Positions 33,121 through 38,097 of a DNA stretch of 38,097 bases are shown piece by piece. The position numbers and the translations under genes were made by a program. Source of the DNA: Candidatus Rokubacteria bacterium RIFCSPLOWO2_02_FULL_72_37. Its GTDB lineage: Bacteria > Methylomirabilota > Methylomirabilia > Rokubacteriales > CSP1-6. The first letter of the stretch is position 1, and each line of letters opens with the position of its first letter. Under the pieces are notes generated by a model. That model had not been told where the DNA came from and searched no databases. It was given only the letters and a program-made list of their open reading frames with translations. Where the stretch lies: contig MGCE01000040.1 in the NCBI GenBank assembly GCA_001790315.1, forward strand, positions 1 through 38,097. The letters are read 5' to 3'.

Positions 33121-33530
33121 AGCTCGATCTCGTGACCGTCCGGGTCGCGGACGCAGAATGAGTGCGGTGTCTCGCCGAAGGCCGCGAGGCCGCGCGCCTC
33201 GCACCAGCGCAGCGCGACGGCGAGGTCCTCGAGCGAGGCGCCCACGTCGAAGGCGATGTGGTAGAGGCCCGGGACGCCCTTGGGCTGCGGGCCGGGCCCG
33301 TCGGCGCGGGCGAGTTCGCAGGAGAGGTCGTGATGATGAACGCCCGCGGAAAAGAACACGATGCGCCCGTCCTTGCCGGTGCCCGTCTCGGCGAGGCCCA
33401 GGGTGTCGCGGTAGAAGCGTCGGGTCGCACCGAGGTCGCGCACGAAGAGCGAAACGTGGCCCAGCTCGCGGATGCGCACGGCCGGCGCGCGTGTCTCCAC
33501 CGGGCGCTTAGTGTAACATTGACGGGTCAT
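33093..33530 (-). CDS. VOC/glyoxalase-bleomycin resistance family protein
   Basis: IRELGHVSLFVRDLGATRRFYRDTLGL...HHHDL...GLYHIAFDV...RDPDGHEIELY is a typical VOC beta-alpha-beta-beta-beta module. ATG 33530 is preceded by GAGGAA at 7 nt. In-frame GTGs at 33500 and 33479 are alternatives. The 3' end overlaps the convergent MFS gene by 28 nt. Confidence 0.75.
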   Translation of the reverse strand: MTRQCYTKRPVETRAPAVRIRELGHVSLFVRDLGATRRFYRDTLGLAETGTGKDGRIVFFSAGVHHHDLSCELARADGPGPQPKGVPGLYHIAFDVGASLEDLAVALRWCEARGLAAFGETPHSFCVRDPDGHEIELYVDPARPG

Positions 33531-34752
33531 GGCTGATTCCTCGCCGGCGGCGTACGACGAAGCCGCCGCATCCCCCTTCGCCGCGCTGCCCGTCGAGCGC
33601 GTGAAGCCCGACGCGCGCCTCATCGCCCTCCTCTCGCTCGGGCATCTCGTGGTCGATCTGAACCAGGGCTCGCTCCCCGCCGTGCTGCCCTTCCTCAAGG
33701 CGGCGCACCAGCTCTCCTACGCGGCGGCGGCGACGATCATCCTCGCGGCGAACCTGACGTCCTCGCTGATCCAGCCGCTCTTCGGCTATCTCGCGGACCA
33801 GACGGCGCGACGCTGGATGCTGCCGGTCTCGGTGCTGCTGTCCGGCGTGGGGCTCGCGCTGACCGGCCTCGCGCCCGGGTACGGCGCGTTGCTCGTGCTC
33901 GTGGTCGCGATGGGGCTCGGCGTCGCCGCCTACCATCCGGAGGGCTACAGGACGGCGACGGGTGTCGCCGGTGACCGCAAGGCGACCGCCCTCTCGTGGT
34001 TCTCGCTCGGCGGCAACGTGGGCCTCGCCCTCGGACCGCCGGTCATCGCCGGGCTCGTCACCGCGCTCGGCGTCACCGGCAGCCTCGGCATGCTCGTCCC
34101 TGCCGCCGTCGTCTCGCTCCTGCTCCTCGCGGTGCTGCCGTCGTTCGCGCCGGCGCCCCCGCCCCGCGTGGTCAGGGCGGCGGCCGCCCACGGCGTGAAC
34201 ATGCCGGGCGCGATGGCGCTCCTGGTCCTGGTCGTGACGATCCGCTCGTGGACATCGCTCGGCTTCACGACGTTCGTGCCGTTCTATTACATCGACGTCC
34301 TCCACGCGGACCCACGGCTCGTCGGGCCGCTGCTGTTCGTCTTCCTCGGCGCGGGCGCCCTCGGCACCGTCGCGGCCGGCCCGCTCGCGGACCGGTGGGG
34401 GCCGCGCCCGTTCATGCAGTGGGTGTTCGTGGCCGCGATCCCTTTCGGCTTGCTCTTCCTCCAGACCGGGGGCCTCCTCGCCTTCGTCATGCTCGGGCTG
34501 TTCGGCGCCGTGCTGACGTCGAGCTTCACGGTGTCCGTGGTCCTCGCCCAGGCCTACTTGCCCCGCAACCCGGGGATGGCGTCGGGACTCATCGTCGGCT
34601 TCGCGATCGGCACCGGCGGCCTCGGGGTCACGGCGCTCGGCTGGGTCGCGGACCACCACGGATTGCCCATGGCGCTCTGGACGAGCGCGCTGCTGCCGAT
34701 CGCCGGCTTCGCGGCGACCCGCTTCCTGCCCGCCCCGCTCGACGCGAAGTGA
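33529..34752 (+). CDS. MFS transporter (Fsr/fosmidomycin-resistance-like, tentative)
   Basis: Twelve-helix MFS pattern with LIQPLFGYLADQ..RRW and PLADRWGPR loops. The ATG at 33529 has no SD but has a TAACAT hexamer 9 nt upstream. Confidence 0.75.
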   Translation: MADSSPAAYDEAAASPFAALPVERVKPDARLIALLSLGHLVVDLNQGSLPAVLPFLKAAHQLSYAAAATIILAANLTSSLIQPLFGYLADQTARRWMLPVSVLLSGVGLALTGLAPGYGALLVLVVAMGLGVAAYHPEGYRTATGVAGDRKATALSWFSLGGNVGLALGPPVIAGLVTALGVTGSLGMLVPAAVVSLLLLAVLPSFAPAPPPRVVRAAAAHGVNMPGAMALLVLVVTIRSWTSLGFTTFVPFYYIDVLHADPRLVGPLLFVFLGAGALGTVAAGPLADRWGPRPFMQWVFVAAIPFGLLFLQTGGLLAFVMLGLFGAVLTSSFTVSVVLAQAYLPRNPGMASGLIVGFAIGTGGLGVTALGWVADHHGLPMALWTSALLPIAGFAATRFLPAPLDAK

Positions 34753-35588
34753 ACGAGGGACTCCCCTTCCAGGACGGTGAGCAGGTCCTGCTCATCGACC
34801 AGCGCGGGAAGCGCCACCTGATCTTCCTGCGCAAGGCGGAGACGTTTCACTCCGACCGAGGGTGGATCCCGCACGACGCGATCATCGGCCAGCCGGACGG
34901 AAGCTGGGTGCGCAGCTCGCTCGGCCTCCGTTACCTCGCGCTGCGGCCGACGCTCGCCGAGTACGTGCTCGACATGCCGCGTGGAGCGCAGGTCATCTAC
35001 CCGAAGGATCTCGCGATGATCCTGTTCTGGGCCGACGTCTATCCCGGCTGCCGCGTGCTCGAGGCCGGCATGGGCTCCGCGGCGCTGACGCTCGCGCTGC
35101 TGCGCGCGGTCGGCCCCGAGGGACGGGTGATCAGCTACGAGCAGCGCGAGGAGTTCGCCCGGCGGGCGCTCGCGAACATCCACACGCGGCTCGGCGAGGT
35201 GACGAACCTCACCGTGCGACTGCGGCCCGTCGAGGACGGCCTCCTCGACGAGGAGCCGGTGGATCGCGTGCTGCTCGACCTGCCCGAGCCGTGGCGGCTC
35301 ACGGCGCCCATGGCGGGCGTGCTGCGACCCGGCGGCATCCTCCTGTCCTACGTGCCGACGATCATCCAGTCGCAGCAGTTGTGCGAAGCGCTGCAGCGGG
35401 ACCGGCACTGGGCGTTGATCGAGACTTTCGAGATCCTCTTCCGGCCGTGGAACATCGAGGGCCAGTCCGTGCGGCCGTTCCACCGGATGGTCGCGCACAC
35501 GGGCTTCATCACCGTGGCGCGGCGTGTGGTGCCGGAGGAGCACGGCGGCACGGGGCCGCGCGCACGGCCGGCCGAGGCCGAGGAGTAG
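34749..35588 (+). CDS. trmI: tRNA (adenine-N1)-methyltransferase TrmI/GCD14 family
   Basis: N-terminal beta domain (GEQVLLIDQRGKRHLIFL), RGAQVIYPKDLAMI, the SAM motif VLEAGMGSAALTLALL, and DRVLLDLPEPW. The GTG start overlaps the MFS stop (GTGA). Confidence 0.8.
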   Translation: MNEGLPFQDGEQVLLIDQRGKRHLIFLRKAETFHSDRGWIPHDAIIGQPDGSWVRSSLGLRYLALRPTLAEYVLDMPRGAQVIYPKDLAMILFWADVYPGCRVLEAGMGSAALTLALLRAVGPEGRVISYEQREEFARRALANIHTRLGEVTNLTVRLRPVEDGLLDEEPVDRVLLDLPEPWRLTAPMAGVLRPGGILLSYVPTIIQSQQLCEALQRDRHWALIETFEILFRPWNIEGQSVRPFHRMVAHTGFITVARRVVPEEHGGTGPRARPAEAEE

Positions 35589-35597
35589 AGCGGACCC

Positions 35598-37496
35598 ATG
35601 ATCACGCTGATGCGCCGCCAGCGCAGGGCCCTCCAGGTGGGGCTGCTGCTGGTCGTCGCGGCCTTCGTCGCCTCGCTGTTCGTGTTCGGCACGCGCGGTT
35701 TCGACGGCGGCGGCCCGCCGGACACGGTGGCGACGGTCAACGGCGAGCGCATCTCCTTCGAGCGCTATCAGCGCCGGTACCAGGCCTACTACGACGCCTA
35801 TGCGCAGATCTACCGGGAGCGTTTTTCGTCCGAGCTCGCGGAGCGCCTCGGGCTCGCGCAGCAGGTGGTCAACGACCTCGTCCAGGAGGCGCTGGTCGTG
35901 CAGCGCGCCCGGGCGGAAGGCTTCGAGCTCTCGGACGAGGAGCTCAACGCGCGCATCCAGGCGATTCCCGCGTTCCAGGACGGGGGCCGCTTCGTGCTGA
36001 AGCGCTACGAGGAGTTCCTGCGCCGCCGCGGGATCAGTGCGGCCGCGTTCGAGGACGAGGTCCGCCGTGAGCTCACGCGGGCCCGCGTCGAGGCTACCGT
36101 GCGGGGGAGCGTCACGGTGTCCGAGGCCGAGATCGAGCAGGCGTTCGCGATGCGCCGTGAGGAGGTCCGGGCCGCCTGGGCACTCGTCGAGCTCGGCCCG
36201 CTCGTGGCCGCCGCGACGGCGGCGGACTCCGAGCTCCCGGACTACCTCGCGAAGCACGGCGACGAGTTCCGGCAGCCCGAGCGGCGGCGTGTCCAGTACG
36301 TGCTGCTCGCGGAGAAGGACTTCACGAAACCCATCGGCGACGCGGAGGTGGAGAAGTACTACGCCGCGCACCAGAAGGAATTCGAGACACCGCACCAGGT
36401 GCGCGCCGCCCACGTGCTCGCGCGGGTGCCCGACACGGGCGGCAGTGCGGCCGAGGACAAGGCCCGCGCGAAGATCGTCGACGTCATCCGCCGGGCGAAG
36501 GCCGGCGAGGACTTCGCGAAGCTCGCCCGGGAGCTGTCGGAAGATCCGGGGTCGGCACCGAACGGTGGCGACCTCGGCCTCGTGAGCCGGGGCGAGATGG
36601 TGCCGCAGTTCGAGCAGGCCGTCTTCGCGCTCAAGAAGGGGGAGGTCTCGCCCGAGCCCGTGCGCACGCCGTTCGGCTTCCACGCGATCAAGGTCGTCGC
36701 GGTGCAGGAGGGCGGCCGCAAGCCGCTCCGGGAGGTGGCCGCGCAGATCCGCGGCCGGCTCGTGGCGGAAGCCGCCGAGGCGGCGGCGCGGGCGCGCGCG
36801 GACGCGATCGGGTCGGAGCTCCGGGCGGCGAAGGACTTCGGGGCCGCGGCAAAGGCGCTCGGTCTCACGCCGCTCGAGGCCACGCTGGTGAAGAGCGATC
36901 GGCTCGCCGGGCTCGGGGCGCCCGACGTCCTCGAGGAGGCCGCGTTCGCGCTCACCGTCGGCGGGGTGTCGGCGTCGGTCAAGACGCCGACCGGCATCGT
37001 CCTGCTGAAGTCGGTCCAGGCGATTCCCGCGGGCGTGCCCCCGCTCGAGGAGATCAAGGCCAAGGTCGCCGACGCCGTGAAGCGCCAGAAAGCCGAGGCC
37101 GTCGCCGCCGAGCGTGCGCGGCAGCTCGCGGCCGATGCCGCCGCGGGAGACTTCGCTGCCGCGGCCAGGAAGGCTGGGGCGGTCACGGGGCAGACGCCGC
37201 GCTTCTCGCGCGCGAAGCCGGCGGAGAAGCTGCCCGGCGACGCCCAGGTGGCGGGGCTCGAGACGCCCGCAGGCCGCGTCACGGCGCCCGTGCGGACGCA
37301 GCAGGGTTACTACGTCCTGAACGTCCTCGAGCGCGTCGCACCGGACACGGCAGGGCTCGCGGCCGAACGCGAGAAGATCCTGCGGGAGCTACTGAACCGG
37401 AAGCAGAGTCTCGCGTGGGAGTCGTGGCTCTCGGTCGCCCGGCAGGGCGCGACGATCGACGTGTCCGGCCGACTCTCCGCGCCTCGCCGCGGGTAG
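35598..37496 (+). CDS. ppiD: Periplasmic chaperone / peptidyl-prolyl isomerase PpiD-like (SurA_N plus parvulin domain)
   Basis: N-terminal TM anchor, VATVNGERIS, and a parvulin core VRAAHVL...SEDPGSAPNGGDLG...MVPQFEQAVFALKKGEVS.PV.TPFGFHAIKV. Confidence 0.8.
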   Translation: MITLMRRQRRALQVGLLLVVAAFVASLFVFGTRGFDGGGPPDTVATVNGERISFERYQRRYQAYYDAYAQIYRERFSSELAERLGLAQQVVNDLVQEALVVQRARAEGFELSDEELNARIQAIPAFQDGGRFVLKRYEEFLRRRGISAAAFEDEVRRELTRARVEATVRGSVTVSEAEIEQAFAMRREEVRAAWALVELGPLVAAATAADSELPDYLAKHGDEFRQPERRRVQYVLLAEKDFTKPIGDAEVEKYYAAHQKEFETPHQVRAAHVLARVPDTGGSAAEDKARAKIVDVIRRAKAGEDFAKLARELSEDPGSAPNGGDLGLVSRGEMVPQFEQAVFALKKGEVSPEPVRTPFGFHAIKVVAVQEGGRKPLREVAAQIRGRLVAEAAEAAARARADAIGSELRAAKDFGAAAKALGLTPLEATLVKSDRLAGLGAPDVLEEAAFALTVGGVSASVKTPTGIVLLKSVQAIPAGVPPLEEIKAKVADAVKRQKAEAVAAERARQLAADAAAGDFAAAARKAGAVTGQTPRFSRAKPAEKLPGDAQVAGLETPAGRVTAPVRTQQGYYVLNVLERVAPDTAGLAAEREKILRELLNRKQSLAWESWLSVARQGATIDVSGRLSAPRRG

Positions 37497-37524
37497 GTCA
37501 CCGCACGCCACGCGCCCGGTGACC
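37496..37524. terminator. Hairpin between convergent genes
   Basis: ggtcaccg-(13 nt loop)-cggtgacc forms an 8 bp stem that starts at the last base of the ppiD stop. The loop is large and there is no U-tract. Confidence 0.3.
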
Positions 37525-37535
37525 GGCGGTCCCGG

Positions 37536-37922
37536 CTAGCGGTGGTCGCCGCCGGCCTCGATGCGCTCCCAGGAGAGGAGGCGGACGCGGTAGGTGCCGC
37601 TCGGGCCGGGCGCTGGCACCTCGAAATAGGCCCGGCCGCCCGGCTGGACCTCGCTGAACACGTACGCCACGGTCGTCGCGACCACCGCCCCGCTGCTGTC
37701 CAGTCCCTCGACGAGGAGCTGGATGCGGGTGGCGGGCGCGCCGTACTCGTTGACGACATGCCCGCTGACCATCGGGCGATCGCGGTGGGCGCCAGCCTCC
37801 CACTCGAGCCTGAAGAACTTCTCCCAGCCGACCGCCGCGAAGTTCTGCGCCGCCGCCGTTGTGGCCAGCAGGAGCACGCCGCCCAGGCCCGCCGCCGCAC
37901 ACCTTCCGAGGCTTGTCATCAT
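37536..37922 (-). CDS. Small secreted hypothetical protein (possibly FxLYD-like beta-sandwich)
   Basis: GGAGGG SD before ATGATG at 37922/37919, and signal peptide LGGVLLLATTAAA/QN. The pattern SGHVVNEYGAPATRIQLLVEGLDSSGAVV...VQPGGRAYFEV loosely resembles the FxLYD domain. Confidence 0.55.
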   Translation of the reverse strand: MMTSLGRCAAAGLGGVLLLATTAAAQNFAAVGWEKFFRLEWEAGAHRDRPMVSGHVVNEYGAPATRIQLLVEGLDSSGAVVATTVAYVFSEVQPGGRAYFEVPAPGPSGTYRVRLLSWERIEAGGDHR

Positions 37923-38039
37923 GTCGCCCTCCGCCGCGGCGTCCGACCGCACGCCGCGACCGTCACTGCCGAGCATACCGCGTCCCACAAGACCCGGCCC
38001 CGGCCGGTGGCCCGCGGAGCCCCATGGTAAGGTAGGCCC

Positions 38040-38097
38040 ATGTCGGTCCAGCGCACGCCGATGACGCGCCAGGGCTACGAGAAGCTCCGTGACGAGC
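38040..38097 (+). CDS. greA: Transcription elongation factor GreA, 5' fragment (runs off the window)
   Basis: MSVQRTPMTRQGYEKLRDE matches the GreA N-terminal pattern (P-hT-x-x-G-x-x-x-L-x-x-E). Only 19 codons are visible. Confidence 0.5.
   Translation, partial: MSVQRTPMTRQGYEKLRDE

Noticed and set aside
34554-36683. 709 aa minus-strand ORF antisense to trmI and ppiD
   Set aside because: It is a shadow ORF. The plus-strand genes have SAM-methyltransferase and parvulin motifs.
1-38097. CRISPR arrays, transposases or IS ends, integrases, rRNA or tRNA genes, toxin-antitoxin or restriction-type defence genes
   Set aside because: I recognised none while reading either strand. The only exact repeat noticed is the 26 bp duplication in glcF. 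The SAMHD1-like HD protein is the only gene with a conceivable defence link, and its context looks like housekeeping.

Overview
This is a high-GC bacterial chromosomal segment (about 70% GC by eye, with GC3-rich codons and many GTG/TTG starts). It is densely coding, with about 35 genes. I recognised no rRNA, tRNA, CRISPR array or transposase. Many very long ORFs in the six-frame track are antisense or out-of-frame shadow ORFs typical of high-GC DNA, and I discarded them. Gene order: a secreted hypothetical protein; glycolate oxidase glcDEF coupled to moaB; an HtrA-type lipoprotein protease; a PPOX-like protein (- strand); a rhodanese-MoeB/ThiF fusion (- strand) interrupted by one in-frame TGA; a tightly packed + strand operon (rfbA, rmlC-like, rfbB, a degenerate S1C-PDZ protein, a SAMHD1-like HD phosphohydrolase, yhhQ); a Cys-rich secreted alpha/beta-hydrolase; a signalling cassette (TonB-dependent receptor, YfiR/DUF4154-like periplasmic protein, CHASE8-HAMP hybrid histidine kinase, CheY-like regulator, two REC-containing class III nucleotide cyclases); an acyl-CoA ligase; a glutaryl-CoA dehydrogenase plus Na+-translocating glutaconyl-CoA decarboxylase cluster in divergent orientation; a double-REC regulator; two MFS transporters flanking a VOC/glyoxalase gene; trmI; ppiD; a small secreted protein; and the 5' end of greA. 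There are two leads I rate highest. (1) The TGA in the MoeB/ThiF-like gene sits exactly where the conserved active-site Cys is expected and is followed by a hairpin, so it is a candidate selenocysteine codon. (2) The receptor-to-cyclase cassette includes a cyclase carrying an orphan HisKA (DHp) domain with no ATPase domain, which may act as a built-in phosphotransferase. All family assignments come from motif recognition by eye. No database search was possible.
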